A DNA stretch of 64,000 nt from Ascidiella aspersa. Taxonomy: Eukaryota. Below are positions 24,710 through 37,800 of this stretch, piece by piece (within the stretch, counting starts at the first letter, position 1; each line of letters opens with the position of its first letter). The translations under genes and the position numbers were made by a program. The stretch lies in contig OZ004612.1 of NCBI GenBank assembly GCA_963924565.1, positions 11,780,001-11,844,000 of the forward strand. The letters run 5' to 3'. The notes under the pieces were generated by a model, which saw only the letters and a list, made by a program, of their open reading frames with translations, ran no database searches and was not told where the DNA came from.

Positions 24710-27134
24710 GCTGTGCGTAAGGCGAGAGTCCTCATTTGCGAAGCGTTTTTACGTGTATTTATATTGCATTTTCGTGACGCCCTTGCCTCCGCAAGAGGAA
24801 CATGTATTAGTTGTTGCGGGCGTAAAATCAGATCAGCAAGTTCGTTTGTTTTTTTTTTTGCCCGAAAATCAATGTTCAAATAACTGGGATTTTTTTTTGG
24901 CAATTGAAAACACACTATAACTCCCTATCAATTTGTTCACGTTTGCTTATTTATAATTTATTAATCGTTGGACAGAAAGCGCAACGACGCAGTTCAACCT
25001 GTAGTGTGCGCAAAATTTTGTACTTAACTTATTATGCGCGTAAATATTGCCTTTTATCCACACCATGTCGCTGTCGGCATCGAACTGACCTCAAACGCAG
25101 CCTTCTTTTGCTTCTGTAGCATGACTTTCAAACCTGTTTTCAGCCTTTTTTCCAGCTTTTGCATATTACTATGTATTCTCGCATCTGTTTGCTGTTTGTC
25201 GTACCCTGGCCCTTGTTTTAGTAACGGAACTAGTTGGCCAACGAACAAGGTTAATTGTGCTTTGTAAACAAAAACAGAAATCGTTTTTAAATTAATAAAT
25301 CAAGGAGCAATCGCTGGATAAAATCGTATTTTGATAAATCCCGCTGTAATTGTTTCCCATTGCAAGTGAATCGGCAAACATGACCCCAATAAAACGGTTG
25401 AAAAGCGAACTCGCGAATTCATAGTGGTGCTGATTGTTTAGCAATCCATTTTTTACGAGGACTCGCTTTTACCTTTTAGTGTGGATTGTCCCGGTTTAAA
25501 AACGTCTCAAAAGCTTCTTTTTCGTCAAAATCTACCCGTAGCTGGCTATATGCGTAACGGCGCGCGGTTTCGCTAGATTTTGGCGTCCTCGGTAAGTAAG
25601 GTGTGCCTCCCCTAGTGTAATATTGCCCGTCCTCGTCTCCTTAATCTTATTTTGGCGTCCCTCGACCACTTCACGGTTTATTTATTGCCGTAGCTTCCTT
25701 CCGTCGATCGTGGCTTGTTCGCTTTCTTTTTTGAATTTTCGTGCGCGCTCACTTTCGCCAGCAACTGCACCGAAAACTTAACCCGCGCCCGCAGAAAGTC
25801 GATAATGCAAAATATCCTACTGGCTGCGACTCTGAACAAAAGCGTGTCTCAATGTAGGGCTTTTTGCTAGTTAGTTGCCGGCAATTTTGCGTTGCTTGTG
25901 CACTATAATCACTATCGAGGACTTAAAAGTGCGCCCGTCGTTCGTTCGTTTATGTCTTTATATTTCACTTCTTTCTTTAAAATCTGTTATCATTACCTTT
26001 CAGCGCGTCTATTATTGTCGTTTTCACATTTTTTATATAGTGTTCAGTGTTTTGTTTTTTTGGTTCGCGTTTCTCGCCCTTTTCTGCGACAGCGTCCGTT
26101 TTTCATTCGCCAGATTACTTCAAAATAAAAGAAAACCATCACATGACTTGCCGTGGTCAATGTAGACTGTAGAGTGTAGCAAAATACATTTAGCCTATAC
26201 TGGTTATGAAGGTACACATCAAAAGCGGTGACATTTCTGTATCATGTTGTTGTATTTAGATGTGAAGAGTATGTTAGACTATGTATCAATTTACAGTTTC
26301 TTTTAAATAAGGATAATCCTCCTCAAATGAAAAAGCGATGTATATCATGACAACAAACTTCATTTTTGTTAAGTTAACTTAATTTCCTAGAATGTGGTGC
26401 AACACAAAACAACTTTATCAAGCCAATTTCGTTTTAATATTGCTTTAAAACAATCAAATCTGTGTCACCAATATGTGAAGTATGCACATGTTTTGAAAAC
26501 TTAAAAGAGTTTGTATTTAACGTTATATAGGCGATGTTTTTTTCATAACATTTGATACATGTGGGCTATATAGTTAGACCAGCGTTCGGCGTATTTTGAA
26601 ATAGTTCATTGGTACCGGTAAGTAGGCCTATGGCTTTTGTGTTAACGTTAACGTGCTTTTTGCAGTTAATAAAGTTCGGAGTTACATATGTTTACAAGAT
26701 TGACAGACAGACCAATTAGCCACAAACAGGGTGTTTATTCAGAAGTTAAAATGCCACACACGATGCACTTTATCAGCGTTTAACAAGAATTGAGATAAGG
26801 CAAATCCTAAAAAGAGCGAAGTTAAACATGTGTCTACACACTTTAGCTGAACTCGAGCGCTACCTCACGGCAGTTTGCGATCAAACTAAACAGAGCCGAT
26901 TTGGATTTAACAGATAACCTCACCAACAACGCAAAGAGATATTCCTACAAAACATGTTACGTCTACATTTATTTCCGAATTTTAAATGTGCAACAATGCA
27001 TAGTTTTTGTTTCATATAAGCTATGAAGATTATGTCAGATTTTCAAATCTTTATGCGCTGTTTATATTAGGCAAAATCAATCTGTCTTTAAGCCTTCTAG
27101 TATTATACTTTACCAATATGTAGATACGCTATGA

Positions 27135-27751
27135 CAGGGGTCGGCAAACTTGATACAGTGTCAACCGGTTTAAAAACTGAAATTTTATCATGGGTCGGCA
27201 TTCAAAAAACATCGATTGTTCAAATATCGAAATTTATTAAAAGTTTTATTTAATGAAATTGAAAACGGCTTGTTTTTCCGCAACCAGTTCTAACAGTATA
27301 GGCTACGGAATAAGACAACCTATATTTACATCTAATTACAATTACTAAAGGAGCTGTTTTTGATTATTATATAGTTACGTCATTGAAAAAACCTAAAATG
27401 CCATACGAAAAAAACAAACGCCAGGCCAACACCTGAAAGCATAGACCAGGGGTCGCCAAACTACTGCATCAACCGAGACCCGGTCCTCCAATATAATTTT
27501 TTATGCACGCGGCATATTTCCAAAATGACCCTAAAATGCGGACATTGACACCATATTAGGCGAAATTTGTGTCGTAAAGCTTGTTTTAGGTAAATATATC
27601 CAATATCTTTTAAAGTGAATACATATTTATGTCCGGTCCGTGTTCTCCATTTTGAACAGTTGTTCGGCACGCCAGTTTTAGAGTTTACCGACACGTTATG
27701 AAAAACCTATGGTAATCCCTGGTACAGACCCCCGGTAGTTAGCGACCACTG
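27135..27751. mobile_element. Cluster of hAT MITE pieces between nkd and VPS51
   Basis: CAGGGGTC(G/C)..AAACT termini at 27135 and 27447; reverse ends near 27721 and 27751; TSDs degraded. Confidence 0.55.
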
Positions 27752-28414
27752 TTATAAGTCATGTCGCTCTACCATTACCCAATGAGTTGAAATCGATGCT
27801 AATTTGTTAACAGTTTGTATTTCTTGTGTTAAGCCATATACTGTACTATACCAATATTTCGTTACTATGATCTATATTAAGATCTCTGTTTAACATTTTC
27901 CTAATAAAAAAAGAATGAAAAAGGTACCGGATAAGAGGTTAAAATATGGCGTTTTAATATAATGCTGCAATTTTCGGTAGCACTCGGAAATCTCGTGTTT
28001 TAAACAAATTTCGATCGAACTTGCCTACTCTTTGTCTGCGTAACCACAAGAAAATAAATTATTTCACAGGTTAAACCATTGATGCATGTTGGTCGTTTAT
28101 TGCACTTGCACGACACCAAATAACAGGTCTACGTACACTTGACCGATGCGGTGTTTTACGGTAAGTGGTAATAAAGTCCTAACCAGTGTCAGCACCTGTA
28201 GAAGATTTTAAAAGGTCAGCTTTTCACGATACTTATGTCATTCAACAAATAAATAAGCAAAAAAGTTCTAAAATGTAAATGTACCCACAATTTTTTTTCC
28301 TTCGTTAGACAAATGCCACTTGTTGAAAGGCAGTGACGGTCGGATTGAAAAAAATGCGGTACTATACGCTCTTGACTTTTTGCCAAGGCGGGATCGAATT
28401 AGTTTTGTCTAAGC

Positions 28415-28685
28415 CAGTGATACCCAAACTGTGTGCCGCGGCATATACTTAAAACTTTTTGTCATTTTGAAAACAAGTTATTTGTATTACAAATAGGCAT
28501 ACACACAAGCATTTCAGACCTCAATACGCACATTCCTTACTAATTAGACATTTACAGGTAGTTTGTCGCGTGTTAAGGGTGATTGTAAAATTACTGTAAT
28601 GTTGTTCTGTTTAAACTTGAAGTGTGCTGCGAAATATTTAGGATCTTTTATTGTGCCGCAAGCTAAAAAAGTTTGAGAACCACTG
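28415..28685. mobile_element. hAT MITE in the VPS51 3' UTR
   Basis: CAGTG...CACTG termini, perfect TSD GTCTAAGC (28407-28414 and 28686-28693). Confidence 0.9.
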
Positions 28686-28697
28686 GTCTAAGCGCTG

Positions 28698-28859
28698 TTA
28701 GCCACGTTCGCAGATGACGTCAATGACGCTTGGTTCCATGACGACGGGCTCGACGCAGCGATGCACGGCGCTGGCCACCACCTCGTCCAGTAGTCCATGG
28801 ACAATCTGTTCGTCGGACACAAAGCGCCAGAGGTAGAGCTGCAGGTAGTGGCAGTCGAC
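28698..28859 (-). CDS. VPS51: VPS51 exon 16 (terminal)
   Basis: [14 protein letters not shown]...ICERG*. Confidence 0.95.
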   Translation of the reverse strand, partial: VDCHYLQLYLWRFVSDEQIVHGLLDEVVASAVHRCVEPVVMEPSVIDVICERG

Positions 28860-31800
28860 CTGAAAATAGAAAAGAAACTGTGTCGAAAATATTATGTCAC
28901 TCGGGTGGATTTTTAGATTAGTGTTTTCCAACCTATTGGTCGCTGTTTGATTTGGCCGGGCCGCCGACTACAGTTGTTATAAATGGTTAGATTTATTAAG
29001 TTTGGTTTCGAAAAATCGCGGAAGCAATTCGAAAATGTGGATCTATCAATTAAATTCGTACTAATAAAAATAAAAAAAAACTAATTTCTTTGCTTTGTTC
29101 GCCGAAGTTCAATCAAAAGAATTGGGTCACACAGGCTTCACTGTTATCCATACGAGCACTATTAAAGGTCGCCGCGAAATAAGGTTTGGATACACTGACT
29201 TAGATTGTTTGGATGCCCATTAGATTGTTTAAGTTAGATTTGAAGGGTCGTGTCTATCAACTGTTTGTTTGCCTGGCGTTTAGCGTTTGACTCAGTATAG
29301 TTTGTCAATAAATTAATTTAAGAAGATGTTGCACCGAAACCCTTGAAAATTACTTTACGGACCCCAAGGTGTTTGCATACACAAGTTTAAGAAACACTGA
29401 TACAGACAATTTAGTACAGTAGAAGTACCAATAGCCCTGGTTTGGCTATGATCTGATATTGTCGGAGATCCCATTACTTAACAGCTAGAGGTGATTATCA
29501 TATTAGGTGAGAAGTAAAAAGTGACTTAACACTGTAAAATTTTAGCTGTTTCACGAGCGGTGGTCCGAAAATATCGGATGTATAATAATGAGAAATAACA
29601 TAAACAAAATGAGAACTAACATAAACGTTGCAATAAAATATCAAAAAAGAATAATACTATATAATGTCAGAATAAGGTTTCAAATCGGAATAGGACCTAA
29701 ACCCTTGAAAATTAGACAGAAACTAAATCCGAAACCCACTCTAAATTCTTCATTAAATCCACAAATAATTTTCACTGAAAACTAACCCCAAACAAGGGAA
29801 ATAGTGCGGTGCTAAAACGTCGATGGCCGGAGACGCCGAATCGTCCCACTCTACAGTTTTATATGTTGTTTTGCTATTTGACCATAACAAAAAGGTCAAC
29901 AATTAGTATCTGTTCAAACGGCTAACCTTGTCCAACAAAACGCTATAAATATAAACTACCTGCAGCTGCTGTAGCCCGAACTTGCTGATGGTCTTTAGTC
30001 GCACGCACTCGAGCAGCGTCTTAAGCGCGATCTTAATGGTGCCGGTGAGGACCGATGTGCGCGAGAACTCGACAGGTCCGAAGACGTCCACGCGCTCCGA
30101 GAAGAGCTTCTGGATGTTGCTCATCAGACTGTTGTCCATTGTCGAGCTGTACAACCAATGGAATTGGGAAAAGGATCGAGTTAAATGAGCTTTGAAGACT
30201 GTGACAGGGCGGTAACGAGAATCGTTTTAGTCAGGCTAGCTCAACGGTTCTCAACTAGTGGGCCATGGCTCACTGGTGGGCCACAAGAACATTTGAGGTT
30301 AGCCACAGACCAATTCAAAAACGCTAGACTTAGTTTCATTTGTGTCACAATATTTAATTTTACAGGAATAATGGCTTGAGGAGGAAATAAAAAGGAATGT
30401 AATTTATTGTTCAGCAGAAAGTATCTCACTAATGCACGGTTGATAATCTGTTTTGAAACATTGTCTTTTGTGTTTTGTTCTAAACCTATTTTACAGTTTT
30501 TTCTTTCATAAAAATTTATTGGGCCACAGAATTTTTGTGCAACGTAAATGGGCCACGAGAACCACTGGGCTAGCTGAAGAGACTGAAACAACTAGATAAC
30601 TCTAGTTTTTTTATTTATTGAATTGAGCAAAGTGCGGCTATTTCTTCTGATCTAATTGGTGAAATACTTGTGTGGCCTAATTCTAGTGCTAATCTAAGTC
30701 CAATTTTACCAAAGATGCTAATTTGTCCAACGTCATTTTTAGTCTCTTAGTCGAAACAAATAATTTGAATTAAAACTCGCCAGTAAGACTTGTAGGTGCT
30801 TTTTACAGTCTAAAAAGCATAAGCTTTGCTAAAAGGCATAAAATTTAGCACACAAGTATATTTACAATTCACATTCTTATAAGAATAATTTGCGATTTGA
30901 ACAAAATCGATTGTGAATAATTAAATATAATTCTATTATAAATTATACTTGAAATTAGTTTTTTGTAAGAATGCAGTAATTCTGATTCTAATCCAATTTG
31001 GAAAAAATGAAATAATCTAATTCTCATTCTAATCTAGTTTTAAAACGTTAAAAGAGTTCTATGTGTCCAAGTCTGGCTGGCGACATCCAAAGAACACCGA
31101 TTTTTTTAACAAAAAAATTGTGATGTTTTTGTCAGTCGACTAGTTTATAGATATAATTCAAAAGGTATAGCGACCATTTAAACGCATATAATCTTAACAG
31201 TTTTGTTGACCGAACAGGTACGATTTTCATGGACATTGTAAGGCGTAGCGCAGGGGTTCTTAAACTTTTTTTACCGCGGGCCCATAAAATTAATTTTTGC
31301 TTCACGTGGACCCCTGTAGGCAAGAAATTACCAAAAATGACGTCATAAATTTAAGTAAAAAGGAGTCTAACATTCAGTGATAAAACGTTTTATTTTTAAT
31401 TAAACTCTTTTTTTAATTTGATTACTTTTTAAACGTACACTAATATTTCAAATTGGCCTTCATGGACCCCCTGAAATTAGTTCACGGACCCCAGTTTAAG
31501 AACCCCAGGCGCAGAGGCATCTTTGGAAGTTGTCAGTTCCCATCATAGCCCATGGACAGTCAAAGGGGAACTAAAGGGCAGGTGCTACTTTTTATAATTG
31601 CGATAAATTAACACCATTATTACCTAGATGCCATGGAAAACTGGCCACGGAATAAGAAGCAAACTAAACAGATGAACCACGGAAAAGCACGCCACTAACA
31701 ATAATGGTTCATGCTGTCCCCAAGCCAAAATTTTTCGTAAGAATTAATTTTTGTTAAACATTTTACTTAAACAGAAACATCGAATTTATTTTTTTAAGAT

Positions 31801-34800
31801 AAATACATCCTGTATGACTATAACCTACTTTAGCAAACCAAATCATTTAATTTTAAATCAAAAGTTTAAAACGCACAAACAAAAAGCTATTTGTACAGAA
31901 ATGTATTGAACAATTCCTAGTTAAAATAAAAAATAAAAAACATATGTATCAATGCCCAGCCCCAACGCTTTCAACATCAACTTTAATCTCGTAGTGAAAA
32001 TATCACCGCCACACTTAACACTCCAACCCTTCTAAACGAACACATGCGCGAGTGCCTACCTTGGCGCATAAGCTCCCCAGTGGCTCTTCTCCCGTTGCCT
32101 GGATACGGAGGCGGGGCGTGCTCTTCTGCTGCTGTCGCTGCTCCCCGCCTTGCGGACTCCCTCCTCGTAGAGCATCCCAACCTGGCGGAACATGGTCGTG
32201 AGTTTTTAGAGTAATTCTAGATAGGAGAGACTGCAATCCTGATTATGCAAGCTTACGATCATAGGCGGTGAACGTGGGTGTGTAGCGCGTTTTTAGACGC
32301 CGTAAATTTGACCAAGTTATCAATTAATGTGCCAAATTAATACCCGTAGCGCAGTTTTAGTTCACCAAAAGTGTTAAAAACTTTCCTGAAATACCATATA
32401 GGCAGGAGGCCAAACAGCCACCGATATATGTTTTTTAAACTATACTTTAATTCACAATGGCTTCGCCCATTATAAAAAATAGGAACTTTTTTAGTCCTAA
32501 GGCGCTATAAGAAAGTAGAAAAGGCGAAATGGTTTGTTTTAGTAATAACATACAACAGCGCAAAAGCTGTTAACTTAAGACCTCACATTTTGTAATAGGC
32601 AATTTTGCCCTGGTAAGAAAACAACGCCCTGGAATTTTAAAAGTTCGGCTGCTGTGATTACAGTAGTAGCCTTTCCGAAGGCACTGGGTATATTACTACG
32701 AGTTTGCCTTGACCGTTTACAAGTATTACTTAAGTATGGCTAAATCATAGTATTAAATTATAAAATTATAAGTTCTAGTGATCAAAAATGCCGTTTATTC
32801 CATATGTTGTAAGCTAAGTTACTACAGACAATGGACTGCAAATTTAGTTTAGCACAGACAGAGCGACAGAGGCATTTAAAAGTTAGTTTAAAGTTAGTTA
32901 AAAGTAAAGGTGACTAGTTCATGAGAAACACCTTTTCAGGTACTTCTGTATTTTTATGTTTATTCCATGAATTCTATTCGCTGGTAATAGTACAAAACGC
33001 TTTGTACATTAGAATAGCATATACCCACTTAAAAGTAAAAAAACTGCTTATTTGACAAAGTAATAACAAAACAAATGGAAAGAAATCAAAGTCTGCCCAA
33101 ATTTCCTGAAGTACACAAAAATAAAAAACTAGTAAAAAGAAAAATTAATAAAAAGAAAATAACTTGCTCATCGAACAAATTATGTTTCTTGGCGTCAGGT
33201 AATATACCAACTTCACTTACCAAGAACACCCAAAAAGCAAAGCGCTTACAACAACCTTATGAATGTAAGACTGGCAAATAATAAACAAGACACTAAAAAC
33301 ATAAAAAAACACGCCGATCACCTGCTGGTCAGATTGGGTGACCTCTTCGATGACGCGACGCATTACGGCTCGAACCTGACGCGGCTCGACGCACTGGAGC
33401 CAGTCGCGCGCCTCCACGCTGGTGCGGATCATGCGCGAGAGCGACACGCCGCTGTACTGAACGTAACACTCCAGCAAACGCTGCGCCGTGTCGCCCATCT
33501 TGTTCGTCAGATCGCCCACCTGTCAATCAAATTTCGGTTTGGGTGTGGGTCGCGCTTCCTTTTGAAGCATTGGTTCGTCGAATTAGGGTTTTGCGTGAAT
33601 CAAATATTGGGATGCGCGTTAGTCGAAATACGTTGAATTTAAGAAATGGCGTCGAAATTTATTTCATTCCCAACCGTCGATCAAACTTACACAAAAGTCT
33701 ATAAATCAATATTCGGATTAAATTGTAATCAAATGTAGGTTTGGGTGTGGGTCGCGTTTTCCGAAGTATTGGTCCGCCGTACTTCTGTTTGGCGCGAATC
33801 GAATATTGGCATGCGCGTTAAAGTATTGGCGTCAAATTAATTTCCCATCTGTCAATCTAACTTACACACAGTCGTTCAAAAAATTTCGGCCTAATTCGTA
33901 ATCAAATTGCGGTCAGTCAAGACATTGAAACATAATTAAGTTAACGTGTTCCGCGTAATTGAAAGAGTCATTCCAAAAACTAAAATCTTATAAAACGCTT
34001 TCTCAATATTTGATCCTAAAAAAACTGATATTGAAAAATAATTAGTTAAGGTCATATAAAATCCATTAACAGTTCTATTGAATCGCAAACGGCGGCCTTG
34101 GTTGAAGAAATGGGAAAGGCACAGTTTCGCACAACGCACGATATGGTTGGTTGTAAGCATGAGTCGTTCGATGGTTTTTTGAAAGTTTGCGGAGAGCCCC
34201 TCACATTTTACAGGCCAATGTGAAATCCGCTGATCAAGTCGTTAGTTAAACCTGAGGGTGGGGCCATGACATCCTTAATATAACGTGGTCCACTTTTTCC
34301 ACCAAGTTACAGGCCATTTTTTTAGCAATACCAAAAATAGAGGACAACGAAAAATAGGTTCTGCAGTTTTCCAGGACGTTATCGTAAAATAACTTTAGCC
34401 GTGTAAAGCGCTTAACGTGGTGTTTTCGACATGAATAGCTATTGTTGACAGCAAATACCGAAGCCACAATTGAAGATGAATCCATATTTACAATAAAATA
34501 TAATTATAGACATTCTGCATAAGAAGCTTGTATTTCATAAGTTTACCTATTGACTGAGTATGGTCTTAGAAAACAAACGTCTTTGTATCGGGATAGACGA
34601 ACTGTTTTAGAATCCGAAATAAAATACGCGGTATACTTTCACACAAAGCATACGTACCAGTGTAATCTTCTCCTTGGCCGGAATCATGAACTGCTCGTCC
34701 GTGAGCGTGAGAATGTAGGCCACAGTTGATTGCTGGAAGTCACGGCAGAGTCGCGAGAGCAGGAGGAGCAATGCGGGAGGAGGAGTGCTCGTTTTGCTGC

Positions 34801-37800
34801 TCAGTTTCGACCAATCACAGAAGCCCAGCATCACCCTGGCGCAAACAAGGGTAGCGATTGTTCCAATCGGAAAACACATTTGTTTAGGTTCAAATCAGCA
34901 CAGCAGAAGTTTCGACCAATCACAGAAGTCCAGCATCACCCAGGCGCAAACTAGGTTAGCGATTGGTCCAATCGAAAAACGCGTTTGTTTAGGTTCACAT
35001 CGGGAAATACAAGAAGACACACACTACACAGTAAATAAAGGGCTGGAGCTGTTTATCGAAAACTGGTAATTTTGTATTATTTGGAAAACTACCTAAATGG
35101 TACAAACTACAACATTACGTAAATTAAAAACTTAATAAAAAAAATTATTTATGACTGTGGCAATGTTTAATTCTATATTGTCTACAGATGGAAGTCGTAG
35201 TCAACGTTTTGACAGATATATTGACGAAATAATTTGGGCATTTTTTGTTTTCCAATACTGGCTAAAAACAAGTCTAATCAAGCAGCCGAACGGACTGGAA
35301 GAAATGCTCGTTTAATGTAACCATTAAAAGCGACAAAATTGCCGAGGTTTAAGTGAAAAGTCGTTACTCGAAAACACAATTTTTCACTCACTCCATGATG
35401 TATCGGATAAAGTGGATGATCACGACTTCGCGAACCTCTTCGGAGCAAAACTGTCGTCTGCAATCGCAAAAACAGTAATCATAGATGCGACAAAAACAAC
35501 AACGAGAGAGGCAGCGAAAAACACTGTCTTATTTTAAATCTTAGGTTAAGTAGCAACATTGTTTGCAAAAGAGAAATTGGCTTGACAATTTCGTTTCGAA
35601 GTATTGAAAAATCTGCATCAGGCAATTAGCACATATATAGGAATAGCAAAAGTGGTTTAAAAGTATTTACTTTAGTGGTGGACAGTGGAACCGAGCAAAG
35701 AGTGCTTTAATTTTAAAACCAAGTTTTTCGTCGATAACCTTAATTTTAAACGCAATTTTTTCGTTGATAAATACATCCTTAAACAATATGGACTTAAAAT
35801 TCCAAAATGGCGATTAACATAAAACGCTGAAAAAAGGCGGTTTACACGGCCAAACAACTAAAACTTGTCTTCCCATTAGAAGAATGCCGTTTACCTAAGG
35901 CAACATTACGAAAAGAACGCACGATTCTACTTACGTTGACACAGACACATACAAACACCGGATTACAAAACATCTTGTACAAATCCAAGTAAAACGTTGG
36001 AAGACGTAATGACGTAAGGTTTTTTATATTTTTATTACAGGTGAAACTTGGTTCTTCTTTTGTTCGATACACAAGCTACGAACATATTGTGGTAACCGTA
36101 GAAAAAAAACTTGCAGCCCCACCTGAAGTACGTCATAGTCGAAAAGTTGATGTCGCGTACGGTGAAGAGCTGAACGTCGGCCAACACAGACTTAACTTGG
36201 TTAAGGATGGCCGAAGCGGTCGAGTTGACCAGATCGAGAAGGTTCAGCTGGTGAGAAACTCCTTTGCCTGTGTAGGAGTGAGGTTGGCCAATGCACATTA
36301 ACACTATATAGGGATGTCCGACACTTGACATTTTCATTCGATAGTGATACCCGATATTTTACAAAAAAGTATCGCGATCTGATACGATAGAAATGACGTC
36401 ATAAATATGCTACAACAAACATAATATATGTGATTAAAGCTTTCAATTTTTTTCAGTTTATGTGGTTTAGTGCTAAGAGTTTTAGTAAACTTTATTTAAT
36501 TTATTTAACTTAAGTTGTTGGTAATCTTCAACTTTTTAATAAATTAACCTTTCACCTTAGAAATCGGCGCGTTGAACCAGGAGATCCCTATATCAGTTAA
36601 ATATCGGATCAGGGCCGATACCAACCTAATATCGGACAAGAACAGATACTACACCTTGGCATCGAGCATCGGCTCCGATCCGATAATAACGGACATGCCT
36701 TTTCTTTTACCACAAATACTCATGCCCCGCGAAGCAAAGCGGCGTACCAGTTTTGTACCTCGATTTTCCACTATCCTATTTCATTTGAACAATTTACGAG
36801 GGCGATTTGGTCACGTGATCGAATTATTAGTTTAGCAAGTGACGTTATTTTAAGTTTAGTAAAAAATGTTAGCAAAAATTGGTAAAAAAATTCTGAAAAA
36901 AAAAGCAAAATTAGTAAAAATATTTCTGCAATTGGTGGGTTACACAGCTTTACCACCAGAAATTAGTCTAAGTGTGATTCGTTCTAATAAAAACCTGCAC
37001 CAACAAGTGGGGTATTACGTTTTAAGCCTGTTTGGCGGCATTGTTTAAGTTTAAGAATAGGGGTAAAAAATAAAAACAAAAATGTCGAAAAGTAAATAAT
37101 GGCGCGAAGAGTTAGTCCTGTCAGCTATTTTGGCACAACCTAGCAACAGGGTTCGGGAACCTTTTTAGCTAATGGAGACATAAAAGCCAAATATTCTTGG
37201 TTGTAATTCGATGAGAGTCATATAATACTTTTTTAACATCTAGTTGTAGGTTGGAAAAACGGTAATTTGAACAGGCCCTTTATTTCGTCAGCACGAAGAA
37301 ATCAATCAGCCAAGTTTGCACAACTTTAATCACGGAGCTCCGTCGGAAGAGCAGGACCTTTTGGATAAAGAGATATTCCATCAAACAGGACAACAGTCCC
37401 GAAAATACAAATAGGATTCGCGCGAAGAGCCGAAAAATTTACTACTGTGTGTGTTAAAAAGGAAAAACAAGATAGGAAAGCGGTCGTGGCCGCGTGCAGT
37501 TTCATTCAGATCATGCTGCTAAATGATAGCTTAGATTCATCTGCAAGCATAATTCTTCCATCAAAACAGCCATATCAAAAAAAGAGCCATATATGTCTCG
37601 CGAGCTATAGGTTCCCGACCTCTTGATCTAGCATAACCTTGCCTCTTAAAGTCTATGAACTCACCTTTAGGGGCAGAAATGGCATGACGTGCGTCCGTCA
37701 AGCAATCGGTGAAAAATTCCTCAAGCGCACAGCGGTAATGCTGACAACGCGCCTTGGCCACTCGCACGATGATGTCACCGCCCATCGTCATCACGTTGAC

